Below are positions 32,662 to 41,506 of a stretch of DNA of 64,000 nt, in pieces (within the stretch, counting starts at the first letter, position 1; each line of letters opens with the position of its first letter). Position numbers and translations under genes: made by a program. The notes beneath the pieces were generated by a model, which saw nothing but the letters and a program-made list of their open reading frames with translations, was not told the DNA's origin and did not search any database. Origin of the DNA: Alphaproteobacteria bacterium (GTDB taxonomy: Bacteria > Pseudomonadota > Alphaproteobacteria > HIMB59 > GCA-002718135); NCBI GenBank assembly GCA_045560915.1, contig JBJKYT010000050.1:9926-73925 (forward strand). The letters are read 5' to 3'.

Positions 32662-33282
32662 TTAAATAAATCTTTTTTCAATATCTTCAGCTTTATTTAT
32701 ATCTGTTGGAGTATTTATATTAAAAAAAGGGTCATAGCTTTTTTCATTAAATTCAATAAATTCTAGAGTGTGATTATTGGCCCATTCTAAAATTTTTCTT
32801 GTCCCAGACTCTAAATGTTCATTTAAGCTTGTTAACAAGCTAGTATGCCATGCTCCAATTATAGGATGAATTTTATCATTTGTTTTGGCTAAAATAATTT
32901 TAGAGTCATGATTAATTTTTTCTTTAAAACAAGAAACTAAATTTAAAGGAATAAAAGGAGTATCGCCAGGTAAAGTTAATAACCAATCTACTTCTGGCTT
33001 GTTTTTTTTCAACCATTGCATTCCAGCATGAATTCCAGCTAAAGGTCCTAGATAACCTTGCTTTACATCTTTGATGATTGGAAATTTATATTTTGATATT
33101 TCTGAGTCTTCAATATTAGAATTTACAATAATTTTATCAATTTGAGGCTGAATTCTTTCTAATATTATATCAAAAATTTTTTTGTTATTAATTTTTATAA
33201 GTGATTTAATTCCACCACCCAATCTGCTAGATTTACCACCTATCATAATTATAACCGCAATTTCACTATACAATTTATGCAT
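32662..33282 (-). CDS. mobA: Molybdenum cofactor guanylyltransferase MobA
   Basis: 206 aa. Motifs GGKSSRLGGG.K, GPLAGIHAG and LPGDTPF. Confidence 0.88.
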   Translation of the reverse strand: MHKLYSEIAVIIMIGGKSSRLGGGIKSLIKINNKKIFDIILERIQPQIDKIIVNSNIEDSEISKYKFPIIKDVKQGYLGPLAGIHAGMQWLKKNKPEVDWLLTLPGDTPFIPLNLVSCFKEKINHDSKIILAKTNDKIHPIIGAWHTSLLTSLNEHLESGTRKILEWANNHTLEFIEFNEKSYDPFFNINTPTDINKAEDIEKRFI

Positions 33283-34097
33283 TAATGTTTTAATCTTTTA
33301 TGACCTGATAATATTGTGTATCTTTTGCCTTTTGCCCTTCCAATTAAAGTAAGATTTGTTTTTTTTGCTATTTCTACTCCCCATGAAGTGAAACCTGATC
33401 GAGATATTAATATAGGAATTTTCATTTTAACTGTTTTTATAATCATTTCACTAGTGAGTCTCCCTGTAGTATAAAATATTTTATTTTCAGGATTGATATT
33501 ATTTAAAAACATATAACCTGAAATTTTATCAACTGCATTATGTCTACCTACATCTTCCATATAAATAATAGGTTTATTTTTATTAATAATTACACATCCA
33601 TGTACTGCTCCAGCTTCTAAATAAAGACTAGGTATCTGATTTATTTTTTTTGAAATTTCATAAATCCATTTATGTCTTATTATAATTTTAGATGTTATCT
33701 TTATTTTCTCAATTTCCTCATAGATATTTCCAAAAACTGTTCCTTGAGCGCAACCGCTAGTTATGATCTTTTTTTTTAATATTTTTTCATAATTAGTCTT
33801 TTTATTAGTTCTAACCACAATTAAATTAAGATCTTTATCAAAATCTATTGATCTAATTTTATCTTTTTCCCCTATCATATTTTGATTGAGCAAATATCCT
33901 ATAGCCAAATATATAGGGTGATCCAGGATACACATAAGAGTAACTATCTCTTGTTTATTAAGAAAAATTGTTAAGGCACCCTCTTTAATGATTTTTGTAC
34001 TAATGCTATTATTATCTTGATCTAAACCTTCAATTTTTTGTGTTAAAGAATCATTATGAATATTAGGAAATAATGAGTGTTTATTTTGCCGAGTCAT
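33282..34097 (-). CDS. fdhD: Formate dehydrogenase accessory sulfurtransferase FdhD
   Basis: 271 aa. EDVGRHNAVDK and SR.S.E...K blocks. The loop reads TSGCAQG where E. coli has GCGVCG. Confidence 0.88.
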   Translation of the reverse strand: MTRQNKHSLFPNIHNDSLTQKIEGLDQDNNSISTKIIKEGALTIFLNKQEIVTLMCILDHPIYLAIGYLLNQNMIGEKDKIRSIDFDKDLNLIVVRTNKKTNYEKILKKKIITSGCAQGTVFGNIYEEIEKIKITSKIIIRHKWIYEISKKINQIPSLYLEAGAVHGCVIINKNKPIIYMEDVGRHNAVDKISGYMFLNNINPENKIFYTTGRLTSEMIIKTVKMKIPILISRSGFTSWGVEIAKKTNLTLIGRAKGKRYTILSGHKRLKH

Positions 34098-34121
34098 ATT
34101 AATAAGTTAAATATAATATAA

Positions 34122-34811
34122 ATGAATATACTAGAAATTATTTTAAATGCTTTAAAATTAATAATTTTAATTGATCCAATTCTTTATGAAATTATTTATT
34201 TATCTCTAAAAGTTAGCCTCATAGCTCTTATTTTGTCTTCATTTATTGGTATTATTATAGGATACATATTTGCATTAAGAAACTTCTATTTTAAAAATTT
34301 TTTTTTAATTTTAATTAATTCATTTATGGGAATTCCACCTGTTGTAGTTGGCTTGATAGTATACTTTTTTATAGCATATGGAGGTCCATTAGGAATTTTT
34401 AAGTTATTGTACACGCCTACTGCTATGATTATGGCACAAATGATTATTATTTTTCCTATAGTGACTTCTCTTTCTCATGAAATTTTTAATCAAAATTGGT
34501 TAAAATATAAAGATCAAATTCGATCTTTAAACATGCCTTTTATTGGCACTTTAAAACTTTTAATATTTCATAGTTATTTTCTTTTAATTACTGTTTTGCT
34601 TTCAGCTTTTGGAAGAGCTATTTCTGAAGTTGGAGCAGTAATGATTGTTGGAGGAAATATTGATCATTATACTAGAGTAATGACTACTGCTATTTCTCTA
34701 GAAACTAGAATGGGCAATCTTGAATATGCTATGGCTTTAGGAATAGTTTTAATTTTTTTAACAATGATTATTTATTCTCTAGTATATATGTTTAATTTAA
34801 GAAAAAGATAA
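34122..34811 (+). CDS. ABC transporter permease, TupB-like (tungstate/molybdate-type oxyanion family); no adjacent binding protein or ATPase
   Basis: 229 aa with about 5-6 TM segments. EAA-like region GRAISEVGAVMIVGGNI..YTRVMTTAI.LET. Confidence 0.7.
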   Translation: MNILEIILNALKLIILIDPILYEIIYLSLKVSLIALILSSFIGIIIGYIFALRNFYFKNFFLILINSFMGIPPVVVGLIVYFFIAYGGPLGIFKLLYTPTAMIMAQMIIIFPIVTSLSHEIFNQNWLKYKDQIRSLNMPFIGTLKLLIFHSYFLLITVLLSAFGRAISEVGAVMIVGGNIDHYTRVMTTAISLETRMGNLEYAMALGIVLIFLTMIIYSLVYMFNLRKR

Positions 34812-34813
34812 AG

Positions 34814-35311
34814 ATGAAAGTTATTGGAATTATAGGTCTTAAAAATTCTGGCAAAACTTTTTTTGCCCAAAAAATTATTTCAGCTTTAACTTCTAGAGAA
34901 TTTGAGGTTGCTTCTATAAAGCATGCCCACGATGGCTTTGAAATTGACTATCCTCAAACAGATAGTTTTCTTCATCGTAAAGCGGGAGCAAAAGAAGTTA
35001 TAATTAGTTCTTCCAAGAGATGGGCAAAGATAACAGAAATCAAAAATAAAGATGAAAAAAAATTAAATGAACTTCTTAAAGAAGTCCAAAATGCTGATAT
35101 AGTTATTGTTGAAGGATATAAGAATGATATACATCCAAAAATTGAAATTATTAAAAATTCATCAGATAAATCTGCTTTTTTGTTTAATAAATTAAAAAAT
35201 ATTATTGCAGTTATCTCTGAACAAAAAATTGATTTATGTGAAAAAAAACAATTTAAAAAAAATGAAATAAATGAAATTATTGAATTTATTATAAATTATA
35301 ATGACAAATAA
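34814..35311 (+). CDS. mobB: Molybdopterin-guanine dinucleotide biosynthesis adaptor protein MobB
   Basis: 165 aa. P-loop GLKNSGKT, IKHAHDGFE and VIVEGYK. Confidence 0.88.
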   Translation: MKVIGIIGLKNSGKTFFAQKIISALTSREFEVASIKHAHDGFEIDYPQTDSFLHRKAGAKEVIISSSKRWAKITEIKNKDEKKLNELLKEVQNADIVIVEGYKNDIHPKIEIIKNSSDKSAFLFNKLKNIIAVISEQKIDLCEKKQFKKNEINEIIEFIINYNDK

Positions 35312-36521
35312 GAATCCCCTAACAAAAGATAAAATACTTAAACTATTAAAGAAAGATATAAAACTTAAATTAGGTTCAGAGTTAGTTGCTCTTGAAAAAT
35401 CTTTAAATAGATTTTTAGCTAAGGATTTAGTGAGTAAATTATATTTGCCACCATTTAATAATTCTGCAGTTGATGGGTATGCTTTATTAAAAAGTAATCT
35501 TAATAATAGTAATATTTTAATAAATAATAAAAGAATAGTAGCTGGTGACAAACAAAATATATATTTAAAAAAAAATACAGTATCTAGAATATTTACTGGT
35601 GCAAAAATGCCCTTAAATTCAAAAACTGTAGTTATGCAAGAAAATGTTAAATTATTTAATAACAAATTAAAAATTAATAAATTACCTAAATATGGTGAAA
35701 ATTGTCGTCTTAAGGGAGAGGATATTAAGAAGGGTCAAAAAATTTTAGAAAAAGGTGAAAAGATTAAAGTTAATAATATTAACCTCATAGCTGCTATTGG
35801 TAAAAAAAAGATCATTGTAAATAAAAAAATTAAAATTGGATATTACACCAGTGGTAATGAATTACAAAAACCAACTGAAAATTTAAAAGGTTCTGAAATA
35901 AATAATTCAAACTTTTATTCTTTGCATGCTTTATTAAATCAAGCCTATATAAAACAGAAGTTTTTAGGTAATTTAAAAGATAATAAAAAACTTGTTATAA
36001 GCAGCCTTTTAAAAAATACAAAAAAATTTGATATTATTATAACAACGGGAGGAGCTTCGGTAGGAGAAGAGGATCATTTGATTGATGCAGTTAATCAAAT
36101 TGGAAAAGTTTATTTTTGGAAAACTGCTATTAAACCAGGAAGGCCATTAGCTATAGGAAAGATAAATAAAACAATTATTATTTGTTTGCCTGGAAATCCT
36201 GTTTCAGTACATTTGTTATATGGCATGTTAATTAAGCCTTTAATTGAATATATATGTAGCGGAAAGTTAAATTTGCCTAAAAGCACAAAAGTAAAAGTTA
36301 ATTTTTCTATGAAAAAGAAAAATAAAAGATTGGAGTGGTTAAGGGTTATGGTTCAAAAAAATAAAGATGAACTAATTGTAAATAAATTTCCCAAACAAGG
36401 GTCAGGAATGATTTCTTCCATTGCTTATTCTGATGGTATTATTGAGATACCTGAGAAGGTTAGTTTTATTTCTAAGGGAGAATATTACTCATTTTACTCT
36501 TATGAAGATATATTTGATTAA
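35301..36521 (+). CDS. moeA: Molybdopterin molybdenumtransferase MoeA
   Basis: 406 aa. Motifs NSAVDGYA, TTGGASVGEEDH, KPGRPL and LPGNPVS. Confidence 0.92.
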   Translation: MTNKNPLTKDKILKLLKKDIKLKLGSELVALEKSLNRFLAKDLVSKLYLPPFNNSAVDGYALLKSNLNNSNILINNKRIVAGDKQNIYLKKNTVSRIFTGAKMPLNSKTVVMQENVKLFNNKLKINKLPKYGENCRLKGEDIKKGQKILEKGEKIKVNNINLIAAIGKKKIIVNKKIKIGYYTSGNELQKPTENLKGSEINNSNFYSLHALLNQAYIKQKFLGNLKDNKKLVISSLLKNTKKFDIIITTGGASVGEEDHLIDAVNQIGKVYFWKTAIKPGRPLAIGKINKTIIICLPGNPVSVHLLYGMLIKPLIEYICSGKLNLPKSTKVKVNFSMKKKNKRLEWLRVMVQKNKDELIVNKFPKQGSGMISSIAYSDGIIEIPEKVSFISKGEYYSFYSYEDIFD

Positions 36522-36522
36522 T

Positions 36523-36762
36523 CTAAATCTTAAATTTAATATATATTTTTGATTCACTTTTTATTATATCAATTAAAGAGTAATTTGACTGCTTGCAATA
36601 ATGTCTAAAATCTTCTTCAGCTAAAGGATCAGTGCATATGACTTTGACTATTGCTCCACCTGACAATGTTTGGCATAAATTTCTAGCTTTTAAAACTGGA
36701 ATAGGGCATTCAGTACCTGAAGTATCTAAGATTATTTCATTTTTTTCAACTTTATCTTTCAT
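36523..36762 (-). CDS. TusA/SirA-family sulfur-carrier protein
   Basis: 79 aa. The D.SG..CP.P.LK.R motif (DTSGTECPIPVLKAR) is the TusA active-site Cys-Pro signature. Confidence 0.82.
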   Translation of the reverse strand: MKDKVEKNEIILDTSGTECPIPVLKARNLCQTLSGGAIVKVICTDPLAEEDFRHYCKQSNYSLIDIIKSESKIYIKFKI

Positions 36763-36802
36763 AACTTTATGATAACGATATATAAATCTTAATAAAAATA
36801 TA

Positions 36803-38506
36803 ATGAATAAATTTATTTCACAAACTAATACAGCATTAAAAAAGAAAAAAAAACGCTGGACTACTAAAGGACGTCAAGTTGAAGATATTTTTTTAAATGA
36901 AGTTTCTAAATTATTATATGGAAAAGACTTAAAAAGAGATGAATTAATAGAATATTTACATATCATTCAAGATAATTTTGGTGTTTTGTATGACAAACAT
37001 CTTGTTGCATTAGCTTCACTCTTAAACATACCATATACAGAGGTATATGAAGTCGCTACATTTTATGCACATTTTAATATTGTAAAAAATACTGATAACT
37101 ATCATCCTATAAAAATTATAAGAGTATGTGAAAGTCTAACATGTGAACTATATGGGGCAAAAAAACTTCTTAAAGATTTAAAAGAAGTAGAAGATAAAAA
37201 TATTAAAGTTGTTCCTGGCCCCTGTATGGGAAGATGTGATGTGGCTCCAACAGTTTGTGTAGGCAAAAACTATGTTGATAATGCATCACTAAGCTCAGTT
37301 GCAGAAACTATTAAAAAAAATGATTTTGATGCAGTTATTCCAAAATATATTTCTTTAGAAGATTATAAAAAAAATGGTGGCTATAAAATATCAACCAAAA
37401 TCAGTGAGGGTAAAATAACAAATGAACAAATTATTGAATTTTTGAAAGATAGTGGATTGAAAGGTAAGGGGGGTGCAGGATTTCCAACAGGTATGAAATG
37501 GGAAATAGTTTCTAAGTATAGTGGTAAAAAATATGTTGCTGTAAATGGAGATGAAGGTGAGCCTGGAACATTTAAAGATAGATTTTATTTAGAAAAAGAT
37601 CCTCATAGATTTCTAGAAGGAGCACTGATTGCTTCATTGTTTATCAAAGCTTCAAATGTTTATATTTATATGAGAGATGAGTACCCTTCTGTGATAGAAA
37701 TTTTAAATAATGAAATTAAGAATTTAGAAAAAGAAAAAATAATTCCTGAAGGACATTTTATTTTAAGACGAGGAGCAGGAGCATATATATGTGGAGAAGA
37801 GTCAGCAATGATAGAGAGTATAGAAGGTAAAAGAGGTCTTCCAAGACACAGACCACCTTATGTAGCTGAAGTAGGCTTGTTTGGTTTTCCAACACTCACT
37901 AACAATCTTGAAACTCTGTTTTGGATTAGAGATATAATTGAAAGAGGATCAAAATGGTTTTCTGAGCAAGGTAAAGATGAAAAAAAAGGCTTTCACAGTT
38001 TTTCTGTATCTGGCAGAGTAAAAGAGCCTGGTGTAAAAGTTGCCCCAGCTGGAATTACAATTCAAGAGTTAATAGATAATTATTGTGGAGGTATGGCAGA
38101 TGATCATACATTTAAAGGATACCTTCCTGGAGGTGCGTCTGGAGGAATTTTACCTTCAGAAATGAATAATATTCCTTTAGATTATGGCTCTAAAGAATTA
38201 ACTGAAGCAGGATGTTTTTTGGGATCTGCAGCAATTGTAGTATTATCTGATAAGGATAGTATGAAAGATGTAGCGTTAAATTTATTAAAGTTTTTTGAAG
38301 AAGAAAGTTGTGGTCAATGCACACCATGTCGAGCCGGTACAGAAAAAACAGTAAAGCTAATGAAAGAAAAAATTTGGAATAAAGAAAAACTAGCTGATCT
38401 TTCGGAAGTAATGTCTCAAGCTTCTATTTGTGGTTTAGGTCAAGCAGCTACAAACCCACTTAATTCAGTTCTAAAATTTTTTTCAAAAGAGATAAGTTAT
38501 GAGTGA
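36803..38506 (+). CDS. fdsB: NAD-dependent formate dehydrogenase diaphorase subunit, fused FdsG-like (NuoE-type 2Fe-2S) and FdsB (NuoF-type FMN/NAD/4Fe-4S) domains
   Basis: 567 aa. The N-terminal part has VCESLTC...GPCMGRCDVAP. It continues with GGAGFPTGMKW, GDEGEPGTFKDR, YICGEESAMIESIEG and ESCGQCTPCR. Confidence 0.9.
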   Translation: MNKFISQTNTALKKKKKRWTTKGRQVEDIFLNEVSKLLYGKDLKRDELIEYLHIIQDNFGVLYDKHLVALASLLNIPYTEVYEVATFYAHFNIVKNTDNYHPIKIIRVCESLTCELYGAKKLLKDLKEVEDKNIKVVPGPCMGRCDVAPTVCVGKNYVDNASLSSVAETIKKNDFDAVIPKYISLEDYKKNGGYKISTKISEGKITNEQIIEFLKDSGLKGKGGAGFPTGMKWEIVSKYSGKKYVAVNGDEGEPGTFKDRFYLEKDPHRFLEGALIASLFIKASNVYIYMRDEYPSVIEILNNEIKNLEKEKIIPEGHFILRRGAGAYICGEESAMIESIEGKRGLPRHRPPYVAEVGLFGFPTLTNNLETLFWIRDIIERGSKWFSEQGKDEKKGFHSFSVSGRVKEPGVKVAPAGITIQELIDNYCGGMADDHTFKGYLPGGASGGILPSEMNNIPLDYGSKELTEAGCFLGSAAIVVLSDKDSMKDVALNLLKFFEEESCGQCTPCRAGTEKTVKLMKEKIWNKEKLADLSEVMSQASICGLGQAATNPLNSVLKFFSKEISYE

Positions 38507-41255
38507 TAACAAAATAAAATTTTATCTTGATAATAAAGAAGTTGAGGCAAACCAAGATGAAACAATATGGCAAGTAGCTAATAGACTTGGGAATGAAATT
38601 CCTCATTTATGTTATGCAAACAAACCTGGTTACAGAGCTGATGGAAACTGTAGAGCTTGCATGGTTGAAATTGAGGGAGAAAGAGTACTAGCAGCTTCAT
38701 GTATTAGAAAACCTTCGACTGATATGAAGGTTCAAACAGCATCAGATAAAGCAAAAAAATCTAGAGAACTAGTTTTTGAATTATTATTAGCAGATCAACC
38801 GGAAAGAGAAGTTGCACATGATAATAATTCAGATTTTTGGAATTGGATCGATAAAGTTGACCTAAAAGAAAATAGATTTCCAAAAAAAACACCTTGTCAG
38901 CCGGATAGTTCTCATCCTAGTATGGCAGTAAATTTAGATGCCTGTATTCAGTGTAATCTTTGTGTCCGTGCGTGTAGAGAGGTTCAGGTAAATGATGTTA
39001 TAGGTATGGCCTATAGAGGTGAAAATTCAAAAATTGTTTTTGATTTTGATGATCCTATGGGAGATAGTACATGTGTTGCTTGTGGTGAATGTGTGCAGGC
39101 TTGCCCAACTGGAGCCCTTATGCCTGCTAGTATCGTTGATACAAAAGGTGTAGGTCAAAACAAGATAGATAAAAAAACTGAAAGTGTTTGTCCTTATTGT
39201 GGTGTTGGATGTCAAATAGAATACAATGTTAAAGATAACGAAATTAAATATGTAAACGGGATTGATGGTCCAGCTAATAAAAATAGACTCTGTGTAAAAG
39301 GGAGATTTGGCTTTGATTATGTTAGTAATCCAGAGAGGCTAACTAAACCTCTAATAAGAATAAAGGGAAAGAAAAAAGATTTACATCCGAGTATTAACTT
39401 CTCCAATTTGCATGAGTATTTTAGGGAGGCTACATGGGATGAAGCATTAGATCATGCTGCAAATGGATTTCTCGAAATTAAAAAGAAAAGAAATGGTAAA
39501 AGTAATCTAGCAGGTTTTGGATCAGCTAAATGTTCAAATGAGGAAGCATATCTTTTTCAAAAACTTATTCGTACTGGTTTTAACACCAATAATGTAGATC
39601 ATTGCACACGTCTTTGTCATGCCTCATCTGTTGCCGCCTTGCTTGAAACTATTGGCTCAGGTGCTGTAACTGCTCCATTTTATGAGGTTGAACATTCAGA
39701 AGTTATAATTGTAATTGGTGCTAATCCAACTGAAAATCACCCTGTTGCTGCAACTTTTTTTAAAAATGCAGCCAAAAAAGGATCTAAACTAATTGTAATG
39801 GATCCAAGAGGTCATGCGTTAAAAAAACATGCAACTCATATGTTACAATTTAAACCAGGATCAGATGTTGCTCTTCTTAATTCCATAATGAATGTTATTA
39901 TTGAAGAAAATTTATTTAATGAAGAATATATTAAAAAACAAACATCAGGATTTGTAGAATTAAAGAAGCATTTGATGAATTATCCTCCAGAATTGATGGA
40001 AGAGCAAACCGGTATAAGTGCAGACATGATTAGAGAAGTTGCAAGACTATTTGCAAATACTGATAAGGGATTAATTTTTTGGGGAATGGGTGTATCACAA
40101 CATGTCCATGGCACTGATAATGCTAGATGTTTAATATCTCTAGCATTGATGACTGGAAATGTTGGTAGGAGAGGTTCAGGACTCCATCCGCTTAGAGGTC
40201 AAAATAATGTTCAAGGTGCCTCTGACGCTGGGTTAATACCGATGATGTATCCTGACTATCAGTTAGTAGAAAAAGATGAAAAAAAAGATTTTTTTGAAAA
40301 ATTTTGGAACACTTCCTTGGATGATAAAAAAGGTTTGACTGTTGTTGAAATTATGGATGCAATTCATGACAATACAATAAAGGGTATGTACATTCTTGGA
40401 GAAAATCCAGCAATGTCTGATCCAGATCTAAATCACGTAAGAGAAGCTCTTCAAATGTTAAAATATTTAGTAGTTCAGGATATTTTTTTAACAGAAACTG
40501 CAACGTATGCTGATGTAATTTTTCCTGCTTCAGCTTGGCCAGAAAAAAATGGAACTGTTACCAATACGAATAGACAAGTTCAAATGGGACGTAAAGCTCT
40601 TGAAGCGCCTGGTATGGCAAAAGAAGATTGGTGGATCACAAATGAATTAGGTAAAAGAATGGGATTAGGTTGGAGTTACACACATCCAAAAGAAATATAT
40701 GAGGAAATGGCCATGACTATGCCTTCACTAAATAATATTTCTTGGGATAGATTAGAGAAAGAAAATTCAGTTACTTATCCAAGTAAATCTCCAACAACTC
40801 CTGGTGACGAAATAGTATTTGGAGATAAATTTCCAAATGAAACCGGAAGAGGAAAATTTGTTCCTGCTAGTGTTACATCTCCTAATGAATTACCTGATAA
40901 AGAATTTGAAATGATCCTTACCACTGGAAGACAATTAGAGCATTGGCACACTGGATCTATGACAAGAAAAGCTTCTAATTTAGACGCTATTGAACCTGAA
41001 GCAACTGTTTCAATATCACCGAATGAAATTTTAAAGAATAATATGACGCCTGGGGATAAAATTAAAGTTTCAACTAGAAGGGGTGCTATCAATATAAGAG
41101 TAAGACAAGACAGGGCTATTCCTGAAGGAGTTATTTTTATCCCTTTTTGTTATAATGAAGCTGCAGCAAATTTATTAACTAATCCAGCCCTTGATCCTTA
41201 TGGTAAAATTCCTGAATTTAAATATTGCGCAGCTAAGATAGAAAAGTTAGATTAA
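38499..41255 (+). CDS. fdsA: NAD-dependent formate dehydrogenase catalytic (molybdopterin) subunit
   Basis: 918 aa. 2Fe-2S (CRACMVEIEG), two 4Fe-4S motifs (CIQCNLCVRAC and CVACGECVQACP), CPYCGVGC, a Mo-ligand region HCTRLCHASS with Cys, and no in-frame TGA. Confidence 0.95.
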   Translation: MSDNKIKFYLDNKEVEANQDETIWQVANRLGNEIPHLCYANKPGYRADGNCRACMVEIEGERVLAASCIRKPSTDMKVQTASDKAKKSRELVFELLLADQPEREVAHDNNSDFWNWIDKVDLKENRFPKKTPCQPDSSHPSMAVNLDACIQCNLCVRACREVQVNDVIGMAYRGENSKIVFDFDDPMGDSTCVACGECVQACPTGALMPASIVDTKGVGQNKIDKKTESVCPYCGVGCQIEYNVKDNEIKYVNGIDGPANKNRLCVKGRFGFDYVSNPERLTKPLIRIKGKKKDLHPSINFSNLHEYFREATWDEALDHAANGFLEIKKKRNGKSNLAGFGSAKCSNEEAYLFQKLIRTGFNTNNVDHCTRLCHASSVAALLETIGSGAVTAPFYEVEHSEVIIVIGANPTENHPVAATFFKNAAKKGSKLIVMDPRGHALKKHATHMLQFKPGSDVALLNSIMNVIIEENLFNEEYIKKQTSGFVELKKHLMNYPPELMEEQTGISADMIREVARLFANTDKGLIFWGMGVSQHVHGTDNARCLISLALMTGNVGRRGSGLHPLRGQNNVQGASDAGLIPMMYPDYQLVEKDEKKDFFEKFWNTSLDDKKGLTVVEIMDAIHDNTIKGMYILGENPAMSDPDLNHVREALQMLKYLVVQDIFLTETATYADVIFPASAWPEKNGTVTNTNRQVQMGRKALEAPGMAKEDWWITNELGKRMGLGWSYTHPKEIYEEMAMTMPSLNNISWDRLEKENSVTYPSKSPTTPGDEIVFGDKFPNETGRGKFVPASVTSPNELPDKEFEMILTTGRQLEHWHTGSMTRKASNLDAIEPEATVSISPNEILKNNMTPGDKIKVSTRRGAINIRVRQDRAIPEGVIFIPFCYNEAAANLLTNPALDPYGKIPEFKYCAAKIEKLD

Positions 41256-41259
41256 ATTT

Positions 41260-41379
41260 ATGAAAAAAATATTCATTTTAATTTTTTTAATTATTGTTCC
41301 AATTACAGGATGTTCAACATTTAGTGAAATTAATGAAAAAGCAAAAGGTGATGGAGTTCCTTACATTCCTGGAATTTAA
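41260..41379 (+). CDS. Putative 39-aa lipoprotein (below the ORF-track size cut-off)
   Basis: MKKIFILIFLIIVPITGCSTFSEINEKAKGDGVPYIPGI has a textbook signal peptide and an ITGC lipobox. It begins 4 nt after the fdsA stop. Confidence 0.5.
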   Translation: MKKIFILIFLIIVPITGCSTFSEINEKAKGDGVPYIPGI

Positions 41380-41430
41380 GATATAAATTACTTGTCGAAT
41401 TTTTAATTTAATTGTAAATGGCATCTTAGT

Positions 41431-41506
<76 letters not shown>

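Noticed and set aside
38499-41255. A selenocysteine-containing formate dehydrogenase (in-frame TGA plus SECIS)
   Set aside because: The 918-codon frame is uninterrupted and the Mo-ligand position is encoded as Cys (HCTRLCHASS). No TGA recoding is needed.
32662-41430. The Moco/formate dehydrogenase cluster as a horizontally acquired island integrated at tRNA-Thr
   Set aside because: There is no integrase, no transposase, no direct repeat of the tRNA 3' end and no visible shift in base composition or codon style relative to flanking core genes. Adjacency to a tRNA alone is insufficient.
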